Origin: Saccostrea echinata
Taxonomy: Eukaryota
Direction: 5' to 3'
Assembly (NCBI RefSeq): GCF_033153115.1
Contig: NW_026889796.1
Location: 11,842,001-11,906,000 of the forward strand
Length of the DNA stretch: 64,000 nt
The position numbers and the translations under genes are program-made. Of the stretch, positions 39,265-52,378 are shown piece by piece. Numbering within the stretch: position 1 is the stretch's first letter; each line of letters begins with the position of its first letter. Under the pieces are notes generated by a model. It ran no database searches and was not told the origin of the DNA. It saw only the letters and a program-made list of their open reading frames with translations.

Positions 39265-41137
39265 TCTTTAAACTGTCGGATCTTAGAAATTATAAGCTTT
39301 GGCTAATTGATGTCTCATTTTGAAACTTGTTTTGTAATCTTTTGTGTTTAAACGCAATGATTATTGTGCTTAAACGCGATGATTATTGCCATTAAACACA
39401 ATGTTTTGAGTTTAAACGCAATAATTATTGCGTTTAAACGCAGTAAAAATATTTCTTTCTCTGAACTGATCTCAACGGGCTTCTGTAAAAATCAGGTCAG
39501 TCTTTCCTCTTTATACCATGTAAAACTCTTTACTGTTATACCACGTGAGGCCTACACTGACGTCAGTATACATGCAACGTTTAAGGAAAATTAGCAGTCT
39601 ATTTTAGGGACCATCTGAAATTACATGTACAGTTACATGAATTAACAATTCTAGGCTTGTCTGGGGAAATGCTTTTTTTCTCACTTCAAGAAAAATGATT
39701 AAAGTTATTAAAATATGCGTTTTTTTTTCACATGATAATACACATGTATATGACGAGTAATACCATTACATTGTATGTGCATTATCTGTACGAAACACAA
39801 CATTCTATTTCTGGTTTGCAAAGGGTGCAGGTAAAAATGTTAAAATTTACGAAATTTTACCTTTTTTATGGTGTGCCTCAAAATATGACAGATACTAAGG
39901 ATTGATAAAAAAAACAAACAGGTTTTCAAATTCTTGTTTTTAAAATTACATGGAAAGTTTCATAAGAATCTATCGTCTGGGTATTTTTAGGGACATCTCA
40001 AAGTAGTTGTATTTACGATAGGATTGGGATATGCTTTTTTGCAATTCAAGGCAATAATAAAAATATTACAATGTACCTTTAGTGCAAATGGTAATTTGTG
40101 ATTTGTATTAATATATTTTCTATTTTTATTTTAGAAAAATACAAATTTCCACCGTCTGGCTTAAAATGTCAAAATTTACGAAATTTTCCTGTTTTATTAT
40201 GAAGTGCTGCAAAATATGACCAATACTAAGGATTTATACATAAAATGAACAAAAATAATCGTTAGATTTTCAAATCCCGATGCTTAGAATTCAAGAGCAT
40301 ATATATTTGATTCATTTCCTTTTTATATAACACTTTTTTATGACCTCTTCCAGAACTTCATTTTATCATAAAGTTACAATAACGACGTCCATCTACCTAT
40401 CAGATGAAAAATCATTAAAAATCATTTCATGAAAATTGTAAATATTTTTTTTAACTATGATTTCTCAATGGTGTTAAAATTTGATATGTTTTGATACAAG
40501 CGTTACATGTAATTAATGTTATTTCAGTATGTTGCGCGGAGTATTGCGGAATGGGGACCCTGTCGGCCCCTTTAATTACATCTCTGAAGATGTTTCCATC
40601 CTATCAGGGATATATATGTATGTATATATAATAGAGTCAAGTTAAAGTAGAAAAATCCTTACATTTAAATGCCATTACATGTCTTAAATGCACTTTAGTA
40701 AGCGGTGACAAATTTCAGTTGAAAATTGGTGATCGTGTAATTAGCGTAAATTCATCCAATGAGGAATAAAAATGTCTTCAGTCTTTTTTTTTTTTTATCT
40801 TGAAGGTCTTTCAAATTTGATTAATTTGATATTATTCTATTTTCTTTTGTTTAAATTAGATTTCTTTCGATCTGTATCAAAAGCCAATATAACCATAAAG
40901 TCCTCGTTCTTCTGTTTTCATTACCTAGCTTTCATTACTTTTTGTTTTCAATAATATTGAAAAAAATTATTCATATTGAATAAAATCCATTCTCAGGTTT
41001 TTGCACAGAAAATTAACGTAAGGACATTACAATGAAGTTTTGTTATACGTAGATATATACGCATCGATTTTATAAAAAGGGTGTATAAGGAATGATAACC
41101 ACTCAGTATCTCCAACACGTAACTTGGATTAGTCACA

Positions 41138-42103
41138 ATGGAACCTGACTTTGGATACCAAATTTCATCAACAGCAGTCGGTTTCTTTACTGTATTCGCT
41201 TTTATACTTCTGATCTGTGGAATACCTTCAAATATGCTGTTTCTCTGGACTTTTCTAAGAATCAAACGTCTACGAAAAATTCATAATTCCTTTGTCATTA
41301 ATTTGGCCGTAGCTGATTTTCTTATAACGACATATCTGTTGCCTTTCAACGTAGCTTTTCTTCTTGATGAGGACATAAAAATACCAGATCTGCTTTGTTA
41401 TATAAATGGCTTAATTGCCCATGTGTTATTTACCTCCTCAGTGTTCTCGGTGTCAACGATAGCTATCCATCGGTATATCAAAATATGCCACTTCGGCTTT
41501 TGTAATCGAATTTTTACAAAGACTAAAGTGTCAATCATGATTGCAACTGTTTGGATCGTCGGATTTGTGTTTGCATTTCCTCTCATTTGGATGGATCATT
41601 CTTTAATTTTTGATCCAACAATGCAAATGTGCATCTTCAATCGGTATGTCAACAAAACTTACTCTATTGCTTATATATTTGTATGTCTCTGTGTTCCAGT
41701 CAGTATTACAATAATTTGTTACTATAAGATATTTAAATTTGTACATTTGCATAAGAAAAGAATTCTATCCTGGAACAATGGAATAGGACAGCTAAGACTC
41801 AGAAATGATATTCGTTCAACAAAGTCGACATTCGTTGTGTTTGTACTATATCTTCTCTTATACAGTCCCTTTGGTGTGCTAGCCACATTCTTTTATAAAC
41901 ATTCACAAGTATCTCCAGAAGTTCATGCTATGTCTGTATACTTAGCTTTTGCAAACAGCTGTGTTAATGCATTTGTTTACGGCTTTATGAATAAAGACGT
42001 TTTGAATGCATATAAGCAGGCAGTTAATTGTAGGACATCAAGGAAAATATATGATATACATTATCTTACTCAACAGAAAAAAGCAAATCAGCAAGCAACT
42101 TGA
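41138..42103 (+). CDS. Class A GPCR, melatonin-receptor-like (single coding exon, 321 aa)
   Basis: Seven hydrophobic segments; TM2 NLAVADFL, TM3 IAIHRYIKICH, TM4 W, ECL2 Cys, TM6 YSPF, and TM7 NSCVNAFVY (NAxxY as in melatonin receptors). A splice acceptor TTCTCAG lies upstream at about 40996. Confidence 0.9.
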   Translation: MEPDFGYQISSTAVGFFTVFAFILLICGIPSNMLFLWTFLRIKRLRKIHNSFVINLAVADFLITTYLLPFNVAFLLDEDIKIPDLLCYINGLIAHVLFTSSVFSVSTIAIHRYIKICHFGFCNRIFTKTKVSIMIATVWIVGFVFAFPLIWMDHSLIFDPTMQMCIFNRYVNKTYSIAYIFVCLCVPVSITIICYYKIFKFVHLHKKRILSWNNGIGQLRLRNDIRSTKSTFVVFVLYLLLYSPFGVLATFFYKHSQVSPEVHAMSVYLAFANSCVNAFVYGFMNKDVLNAYKQAVNCRTSRKIYDIHYLTQQKKANQQAT

Positions 42104-43503
42104 AAAATTGTAAGTTATTATTTTATCAAATACTCTAGAAAGAAACCCAGTCTGAAGAAAAATTGTTCTACTGGTAATTTAATTTCTCCATCTATAATAT
42201 AAAATTTGAAACAAAGTTATTTTTTTTACCAAAAAAAGTGATCGTCCGTGTTTAGGGTATATAAATAGCATTGAAAATAAGGTAAGGAGGTTCAATTAAA
42301 AATATTGAAACTAGTATATTTCTGTAGGGTGATATTTTGAATGATAATATTAGGTATACATATCAATAATGAGGTTTATTACACTGTCAAGGATAAAATA
42401 CAGTGATTTACCTTTGAATAAAACATATTTTGAAAGGCATATTCTATTTTCACGTCGCCATAAGACATGTACATGTACCATGTGTTTTTTTCACATGTAA
42501 ACAAATAATCAGAACTACGTAGTAGATAAAAAGAATAGCAAAAAAATGTATCTAACAAGAAACTCATGTTAAGAGGCTAGATATGGAATTTTTTTCACTT
42601 GTGAAATATATACTTTTGCCTTTTCAACATTTAAAATCAAAACAGTCCAAATTTTGAAATAAATTCCATATCAAACTACAAAGCATTAAACATCCTCTGT
42701 TTTTCCATCCTACATTTTTTTTTTCATGACTTGTACATGTATATTACAAAATATGTATATTGATTTTTTTGAATTACGTGTATTGTATGATGAGTTAAAT
42801 TGTACCTCTTGAACGAAGAGATATTATGTGTAAATCTTTATTATTATTATTATCTACACGGAAAATGTTAATCTGAAGGGGATCATTCCAAAAAAAAATA
42901 TTGCATTTCCCTTGAATAAGCAAAGGAAAAATATTGAGCTTTGTACAATTTATTTTATAGTAAACTTGTTTCAGAAGTTCGAGCCTTTCTATTTTTCATA
43001 GAAACTTTCTTGTAATCATTTCCTCTACCTGGCATTTAATGTCAACATTCTAAGACCTGCAAGCAATGTGCAATAAACGCATGGAAGAGAAAAAAAAACT
43101 ATATTAATAAAGCACCCTGATTTACACCCTCATAGTTTTTTGTGCAAGAAATTAGAAGGAATTCTACACAAGAAGATGGAAACATCATTAACTGTGCCTT
43201 TAATTCTAGTAATTAAATTTTGGTAACATGCATGTACAAATTAGTTAAATTAGATGGGAAAATCTTGCGCACAAAAAATTGTTTTCATTTGCACATAATG
43301 TAATAGATATGTACGTGTGCCAGAAAGTAAAAGTACTAAAAAATTATCATAACTACTAGCTTACAGTTAAAAACGGTATCTGCTATTAACTTTTGATCTT
43401 GCCAGGTATGCAGTGTATGAAACAGTATCTGCTGTTGTTGGTGATTTTGTCAATATTATTATCAAAATGTAAGTGACCAGCAAGATAAATATCCAAGGAT
43501 ATT

Positions 43504-46500
43504 TTATTACAGATTCCCTATTAATCAAACAAACAACAGATATTATTTTGCTTGTTTAATGTGGCGCTTCTGGCCGCGGTGATCAATTTGCTGGGGCTAC
43601 CACAGGGCTGCCCCACAATCAACAATCAATACAACAAATGTGACGACCCAAATCGGGCGGATCATGCACTGGGTAGGTCACAAGTGCATGAACGTCACCA
43701 ATTCAATTATAAATCAAGTTCAATCAATAAATCAATAATCAATCAAGTTCAATCAATCAATCATCATTCAATCAATCAATTCAATATCAATCAAGTCAAC
43801 TGCTTGTCAATTACAAGCCAATGCACAAATTCAAATCCTGAATTTCAATTTACATGTGCAATAGGATAAACAATGGAATGAGCGTAAGAATATGTGTTGC
43901 ACTCCTCCAGTTGCGTTGAGGTGCGACGGAATACGCAAACACACAGAATTACCACCGCGACATCGGTTGAAATGGACGCTGTATCAAGCAGGCAGTCATC
44001 ACAGAATACGTAAACACACAGAATTCACCACCTTGACATAGGCTGATGTGGACGCTGGACCAATCAGGCTGTATTTACGGAATGAGCAAACACACAAAAT
44101 TCACCATCGGCACATCGGCTGATGTAGGTGCTGGACCAAGCAAGCCGTCCCTACGTACATATAATATCCGAACACACATAATCCACCACCGCGACATAGG
44201 CTGTTGTGGAAGCTGGGCGAAGCAGGCAGTCTTCAGCTACAATGACATAACAAAAAGCAGCAGTATTTGTTCTAAAAACAAGAGGAGGGTGGGTGGGTAA
44301 AATTTAAAACATTGCCACAATTTAACTCCCAAAAATTTTCCATGACCTTACCGTTTAATTGATTCTTCTAGAAAGGAGGTAGAAAAGAACTTATTATTAG
44401 ACTATATACAAATGGACCTAACTTATCCGGAATGATAGCTTGTGACTAAGGGTGAAAATTTATATTTATTCGAATGTACGTAACTTATCCGGAATAGATA
44501 AATATTACTAGGGTTACTGAAATAAACTCACTTATCCGAGACCAGGCTCGTATAAGTGGTATTATTACAGATTCCCTATTAATCAAACAAACAACAGATA
44601 TTATTTTGCTTGTTTAATGTGGCGCTTCTGGCCGCGGTGATCAATTTGCTGGGGCTACCACAGGGCTGCCCCACAATCAACAATCAATACAACAAATGTG
44701 ACGACCCAAATCGGGCGGATCATGCACTGGGTAGGTCACAAGTGCATGAACGTCACCAATTCAATTATAAATCAAGTTCAATCAATAAATCAATAATCAA
44801 TCAAGTTCAATCAATCAATCATCATTCAATCAATCAATTCAATATCAATCAAGTCAACTGCTTGTCAATTACAAGCCAATGCACAAATTCAAATCCTGAA
44901 TTTCAATTTACATGTGCAATAGGATAAACAATGGAATGAGCGTAAGAATATGTGTTGCACTCCTCCAGTTGCGTTGAGGTGCGACGGAATACGCCACTTG
45001 CAAGGGCCATGAATACTCGTGTCTACCACGAGTAAGAATGGAACTGCAACCGCCACCAATGGGGGTGCCAAGAACCATGGTGACGGCGGCAGTACCTCAA
45101 CGCAAATGGTCACCGTCGACCAGGGCCTGTTCATTCACCAATACAACTTATAAAACAAGTGACTTATTAGTCAATTACTATTCAATGCATTAAAACAAAA
45201 TATGAATTTAAATCGTCAACGGTCATTGACCTATTCCGTTATATGTGTTGAAATGCAATTATGGACTTGTGAGAATAAAATAACTCCCGGTTTAATCTAA
45301 AATTGTGGATCCATACCTGCACTCTATTCCTTGTCCCGTTGGTTTATTTTATTGTATTACTTACCTACTAGGTTGTTACTCCTGTTACGCATTTTTATGG
45401 CTTTTATAAAAATTTAAACTATCTTTGCAAGTATTGGTTGTAGTTGTACTAAAAAGTGTGGAGTGTATCAGACCCAAATTGAACAAAAACGAGATATTTA
45501 CGTCATCTCTGAACTTAGAATACTTTTAAAAAACAATATTTGTGTACTTATCCCCCCCCCCTTCTCATTTCCCCAGCTGCATAAATCATATTTCCTCTTC
45601 ACAATTTATCAAACAACTATGATCCATAGTAAAATTAAAAAAAAAAATAAAAAAAAAAAATAAAAAATAAAAATAAAAAAAAAAATAAATAAATAAATAA
45701 ATCATTGAAATGAAAGAAAGTAAAAATATGTGAGCCTTGTAACAACTACTTAATGGATGCCTAAGCATGTACATTTTATAGCCAGCGTTTCAAAGCTAAA
45801 ATAACCCCCCTGCATGTTGGTGGCAAATGTGCTTTAGCGGTTGCTCCCCAATTGTAGTGAATGAGATTTAAATTTTGTATTCTACAAATAACAAAACATA
45901 TGGGCATGATATGCCGTATCCAATACCGACTAAACCTGCTCGAAGTTTCCCTGAAAAAAGGATAAACACCTTTTATGACTGGTCATGGAAGTACTTGCAA
46001 CTACATTCGAATCGTTAAACTGTTTTAATTAAAAATAACTGCCAAGGCTTATTAATTTAATCATCACCTATTAAGTGTTTTAAAGTACGACTAGTTTTAG
46101 TTTTATATAACCTCATGCCATAAGGGTAGTTTAACCTATTTCAAACAAAAGGAAGAATACTTTATATCGCTATTACTTAACGTAATGAAACTCTTTTGCG
46201 TTGAATGTAGGAAACGTTGATTAATAACTGAGGACAATGTGCTATAGCTATTGACTACACTATGAGATCGATCACTGCAGATTCTTAAGGGACATATAAT
46301 ATAAGAAAGAAGCCCTGGTGAAATACCTAGCTAAATGTTCGTTGTACCACGCTATGAAATTAAAATGCTAGCTCTCTTGTGTTAATTTTTTGTGGATATT
46401 TCCCGCTAAGTAGACTATTCTAATAATAAGTTTAATCATTTTCTTTCTGATAAACGTTATTTTGGAAGTCTAGATATTCCGAATACTTTGACTTGCTTTC

Positions 46501-48213
46501 TGAAGTGCAACCATCGGCATTACATTGTACCTTCGGCATACTTATTGTTCGTATCATTCAATTGTCACTAGCGTAAACAATATATGTAAACAACATGCTA
46601 TGCCCCGAAAATGAATGGAGATTTATAAGTTTCTTGACTTTATTGCAAAACAGCCGCAGTAAGTTATACAATTCGAGGTAATTGCGATACTAAGTGTTCT
46701 GAGCATACAAAAAATATCTGTAAGAGAGTAGTTTTATCTCTGGGAAATTTAAGGTATAATCGTGGACCATTGTGTATTACACACAATTATACATGTATTT
46801 GGTAAAAATTAAACAGAATGATAAAATTAGTTTCAAGGCTTAAATCCCCATTAGACACTGACATAGGTGTGCAATAAAATAGATAAACACAATAAAATAT
46901 CCCAGAAAACAAATTCTTGAGTACGTTGCAACTCTTTGTCCATGGGTATGTTCGGTGGAAAAAAACTGGTATACTTTATAAGGCATACTTCTGGAGATAT
47001 CTTGGATATCCCTTACCAGATTAGCTTAAAATTGAATGTCAGTGTACCTTAAATAAATGGATCAATATTGTTTTGACAACACATTATTAACTCCTTGGTT
47101 TTGACTTTTCTTATGTACTAGTAAATTCAATATTGCAATTTCATATCAACCTATTAAATCTTTAAATAATAATAATAATTGATTCATATATAATTTAACT
47201 GATTATTTGACAAGCTTTGTTTCCCCGTCTCGTCGAACACATTAGCAGACTATCCATTCAAAGATAGCCTGAAAAGCAACATACGGAACAAGTACTGGGT
47301 GCTGCTTATCCTAGTGAGACTCCTGACCAATCACTTTTATTAATCTGCCTATCACAGTGCTCTAATAGCTTAACTAAATATCAGAACTAGTCCATCCGAC
47401 GGAGACGAGGAACCAATTTGATTTTGACCATCTTTTTTTTAAAAAATTACCAGTTTATTTGAAATATGCCCCCCCCCCCCTTCACACCAAGACTCGCTTA
47501 ACCAAATTATACTTTTCCCTAGAATGTAATCTAATAGCTGCGATTAATTGAAGCTGGATTAGGATCTATATCATTTGCCAATTCCACTTTTATATCTAGT
47601 ATTAGCACAACTGCAACATTTCCTACTTGTTTCTTTTTTGCAAATCTTTAATTACTATTCTAATGAATTACTGGGGAAGTGATAAGGTCATGCTTTGATG
47701 GAAAGGAATGTTGTGCCCATTGCAGCTGTTGACTCACTGATAAAGCTGTCTTAAAAAAATAAAATTAAAAATGTTGACCTGTTTTTGGTAATGTACCTGA
47801 AAATAAATAATCATGGTAACACACATCTGTAATCACTATCAATTACTTAAGGTTTTTTATGTACTGACTGCCTTTTGTACCAATATAATTTGCTCCTTGC
47901 TTGTGCCTGAACCCTGCAAATTTGCCTACCTATTCTAATGCATATGAAGAATACTTTTCCACAGCTTTGCTGCAGTTTGACTGCTCACTGTGAGACAAAT
48001 GCTTGCAAAATTAGTAAGAAATGTTTTCATCCTATTTCAATAAACTGTGATTTTGCTTTCATTAGTTGGATTTTTATGCAGAAATTGACCATGTGGACCA
48101 AATGAGCTCCCATATGTTGTGTAACATAATATACAAGTTAACTCCCATCCCATTATGTAATAGGAAAATCAGTTCATACAATATCATCCATAAAACCTTA
48201 CACCTTTTTGTTT

Positions 48214-48262
<49 letters not shown>

Positions 48263-49111
48263 ACAAACAGTTCTGTTCCAAACCTTTTCAAAAGACCAAC
48301 AAACAAATGAAATGATACAAGTCTGCAAATAGAGCATAACACTTACACAATTTAATAAACCTCATCTCAGTACACACAGTACTTTGATTACTTGAAAAGT
48401 GAAAGTGCACAAATTCTCGTGAATGCTTTCTCCGATTTAACGACGATTACATTTTGTAAAATGCGAATCAATATACCTCCTTCGAGCACGATAAATCTAT
48501 GTAGAAAACAAACTAAAATCCTTCTAGTAAGCCCAGCTTCTGAGAATATTCCGTGTTTTATGAAATTATCCCCCCCCCCTCCCGTTATAGCTATGATGGA
48601 CTCGAAGTTTAACATTTCGCTCCTAAAAATAATAACTCAAGTTAAACAATCATTTGACCCCCAAACTGATCTTAATATATTCCTGTTACCTGTAAAGTCT
48701 CACAAATTACAACATCGCGTAAAATCAATTCAATTTACGAAAAAGTCCAATCAGGCCAAATCCAAAGTCAAACTTCGCCATCGATACGTCTAATTTGCTT
48801 TGAAACTACAAACCCCAATAGTTATACTAAAAATCAAACTTATTTTATTTAAAAAATTTAAAACATTGCCACAATTTAACTCCCAAAAATTTTCCATGAC
48901 CTTACCGTTTAATTGATTCTTCTAGAAAGGAGGTAGAAAAGAACTTATTATTAGACTATATACAAATGGACCTAACTTATCCGGAATGATAGCTTGTGAC
49001 TAAGGGTGAAAATTTATATTTATTCGAATGTACGTAACTTATCCGGAATAGATAAATATTACTAGGGTTACTGAAATAAACTCACTTATCCGAGACCAGG
49101 CTCGTATAAGT
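43504..49111 (-). mobile_element. Non-autonomous element with split direct repeats (Ngaro/DIRS-like layout)
   Basis: Apparently identical 433-bp repeats (43504-43936 = 44562-44994) and 259-bp repeats (44299-44557 = 48853-49111). On the minus strand the order is A1-internal-B1-A2-spacer-B2. No long ORF. Confidence 0.55.
43926..44230. repeat. Diverged minisatellite of about 75 bp (4 units)
   Basis: Repeating AAACACACAGAATT(C)ACCACC...ACATCGGCTGATGTGGACGCTGGACCAA. Confidence 0.75.
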
Positions 49112-50448
49112 TGTATTGTCTTCAGATTTGCCATTTTCAACGTAAGTTTTATCATGGTCTGTTACCTCAGCCAAATTGCCTGCATGTTAACACGTGCAGG
49201 CTAACTAAGGAATCAGGAAAGAACTAAAAAAAAGAACCACAATGTTCTCTATCGCGTCATAGAATTGTTGTATTGATGTAAAGTGTAGTATAACTGAAGT
49301 CACAACTTTTTTCATAATCAGAAATTAGTCACCTTCTGCAATTTATTAATATTATGAACATCCAATGTTCTTTCATAAATATTATCACTAAAAACACTGT
49401 TCTTTTGGAAAAAAAATGCATGTCTTCAAACATTATTTCTCTGCCTGAACGACAGTCACATTCTAACAAAGGACCACGATTGCTCTTAACTTATCTTGTC
49501 TACATTCTTGAAGTCTTTTTATGTTTATGTATACTACCACTTTTCATTAATGCTTCTTTTTGAAAGACATGATGATATATCTTTTGATTTTTCTTAAAGT
49601 TTTGAAAGTACATTCCAAACAGAAAAAGGAGAATACTTTTAAGCAACGATCGATGACATGTAGATGTGCACTGCTATGGCTTCATTTGCATTTGAAAATC
49701 TTTAGGTTAGACAGGATTTTCAGACACAAATCAACAAGCTATATCCGATGTACATTCAGGGATGTTTGACAGCTACGCAATAGGGTTGACAAACTATAAT
49801 GACTGTTCGAATATGTCATTAAATTATAATGATATTAGATTCACAATTCAGAACATGATAATAGATAATTTCAACACTGCTATTCTCTACAGAGTTTCAG
49901 TTTTGCCATGTAAGAATTAAAAAGAAATTGTGAACGAAATAATCAGAATATGAATAATAACAAAAATAGGATATCGTTGAACTGACTGAATTGATAGGTA
50001 TCATTACATGGAGAAAAAAATATATATTGGTGTTTGTATATATTACCCATGACCAGTACATACCGATTTATGAAAAAAGCAAGTGGCTGTACATACTACA
50101 TACTCTGTTCAAAGTAAACACAGTAGGACTCGGATATAATGAACAGGGATATACTAATGTTTTCTCCAAAATGATATAATTTTGGTCCCGACAATGTCCT
50201 TATATAAACCGCATGGGAAATTATCCTTCAAACCCAACACTGATATTATGAATTCATTATAAAGTTATTTTTACACCACATGGACAAAATATCTTTTTTT
50301 TTTTTCATTTATATTACAATTCCCCTATAACCAATGTCATTGAAGGAAGTTTTAATGTTTCCTTCGTTGTTTATTAAGTCTTGATATTCAAGGATATATA
50401 TACATTATGGTTCCAGCTGTCAAGGCTCGTGGTAATTCAAATAGTAAA

Positions 50449-50590
50449 ATGTTTTTCTTGGTTATTAGTATGGGAATTAATATTGCAGCTGTTGCAGAAA
50501 AAATGCATAACCCGAGTAAGCGGGTTATGTGATTTTTTTCTGCAATAGCCGCAACGTCAAGTTCCTTACTAACAAACAAAGAAAGGCATT
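50449..50590. repeat. Short palindromic element (MITE/Crypton-like)
   Basis: ...TTGCAGAAAAAATGCATAACCCG-agtaag-CGGGTTATGTGATTTTTTTCTGCAA... with imperfect arms of about 65 bp. Confidence 0.7.
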
Positions 50591-51171
50591 CATTGTTTTT
50601 ATTTATAATTGTATGAATAATCAAATAATTTAAAAGCAGAATTAAGTACTTTAAATTTTGTATTACTGATATGTATGTCATTGTACATTTCATCGATGGA
50701 AGATCCGTTGCTCAAGAAATCTATACATGTGACTTGTTTAGTGGCGTTTACGGGCTGATAAACGACAGAGCTTACCATAAGAAATAAAGGGGATATTATT
50801 CAGTGGATGTAAATATATATATTTTTATCATAAGATCATAGCTGAATAATATAAGAACTTAGCTTTAACTCCATATTTGGAAATCCAACTCACACTGTTC
50901 CCTTTCAATGGATAAAATACTTCAGATACAGATTAAAATATTTTTTGCTTTCCAGTCAAAGGAAGTGAGCTTGATTTACAATACTAATGATTTTGCTAAA
51001 TTCTAAAATTTCCAACACTTCATGCAACCATTCCTCGAACTAGATTAGAGACTATGCTTTTTACACCATAGACAACTGTTTCTTCAATAAAAATCGAACT
51101 TAGAACATTACATATTATATGATCAGTCAACTATAAAATTACTTCTGATTATGCTTACTAAAGTTGATATT

Positions 51172-52378
51172 AACAAGCTAATTCAGAGAATTTGTATCCC
51201 CCGCTTAGGAAAAAAAGAAGAGCATGCGCAGTTCGGGGGGGGGGGGGGGTTTACACTGTCCCCCTGTATTTGTAGAATTATTAAATGTATACATGTATAT
51301 TGTAGCAAATTAAAAACAAAACCAAATGGATATAAAGATTTGATTGCTTATTCTTTAATATGTGTATAGAAGATTCTTTTTAATATACTATATTATACAG
51401 AATATTTATCACACTGTAATAATGATTTTATCAGTTTGTACACGCCAGACATCATAACTTTTTCATTTCACATGTTGAATAGTATCAATTAGTAAATCCA
51501 AAAAAAAAAAAAAAACATTAAAAATAGAGAATCGTCCGGGGATTGAACCCGGGCCTCTCGCTTGCTAAGCGAGCAACATACCACTAGACCACGGAGGCAC
51601 TTGATTGCAGAGCAAATTAAATGCAAACATTAAGTCAAATATAATGTTTATATTCATTTGATTACATTTCATTACATTTGATATTGCAAAATTTTACACA
51701 ATGCATATTGTCTAATTTAGCCTTTACTAAATAGTTCTAATAGATGTAATTAGAATATAAAGTCCGCCGACAAACTGTATTATACGTAATAACTCTCGAC
51801 ATGCTCCTGTGCTAAAAATAGTGCCAAGCGACTTTTAATACAATAAATAAATTAAAAAATCGGGGCGGGACACTTTGAGAGGGGCAAGAGAGGCCATAGG
51901 GAGTTATGGTATAAAATTTCATTGCAAAGGCTCAAAAGCTTCTTGAGATATCGCCCGGAAATGAAATTGTTACACACAGACGAAATTTATGAATTTAAGA
52001 CCTTGAACTTTGACCTTTTGACCTCAAAATCAAAGTGGTCTTCCTTAGGCCACAGGGAGTTGTTATGTAAAATTTCATAGCAAAAGCTCAAAGAATTCGC
52101 GAGATATCGCGCGGAAACGAAAGTGTTAAAACAGACAGAATTTATGAATTAATGACCTTGACCTTTTGACCTCGAAATAAATAGGGGTTTTTTTTATATG
52201 CCATAGGGATTTGCTAGGCAAAATGTCATTGCGAAAGCTCAAAGGGTTCTCGAGATATCGCGCGGAAACGAAAGTGTTACAGACAAATACAGACGAACGG
52301 ACGGACATACGAACGGACGGACGGACAGACAGACCCAAATAAATAGCCCCCACTTTCAGTGAAAGCGGGGGACAAAAA
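51172..52378 (+). mobile_element. Non-autonomous Helentron-associated element (HINE-type)
   Basis: 5' AACAAG...ATCCCCCGC, tandem units of about 152-156 bp (51893-52280), (ACGG/ACAG)n, and 3' hairpin CCCCCACTTTCAGTGAAAGCGGGGG followed by ACAAAAA. Confidence 0.8.
51525..51598 (-). pseudogene. tRNA-Ala(AGC)-like sequence lacking a paired acceptor stem
   Basis: A box TGGTCTAGTGG, anticodon arm CTCGC-TTAGCAA-GCGAG, T arm CCGGG-TTCAATC-CCCGG. The 3' acceptor strand does not pair. T runs follow. Confidence 0.7.

Noticed and set aside
43552-43869. Duplicated 105-aa ORF (also 44610-44927)
   Set aside because: Non-ATG start and an (ATCA)n-derived low-complexity middle; it is part of the terminal repeat.
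45140-45340. Possible tyrosine-recombinase C-terminal remnant (AGMDPQF*IK...) in the split-repeat element
   Set aside because: Catalytic motifs are not recognisable, and the similarity is too weak to use as evidence.
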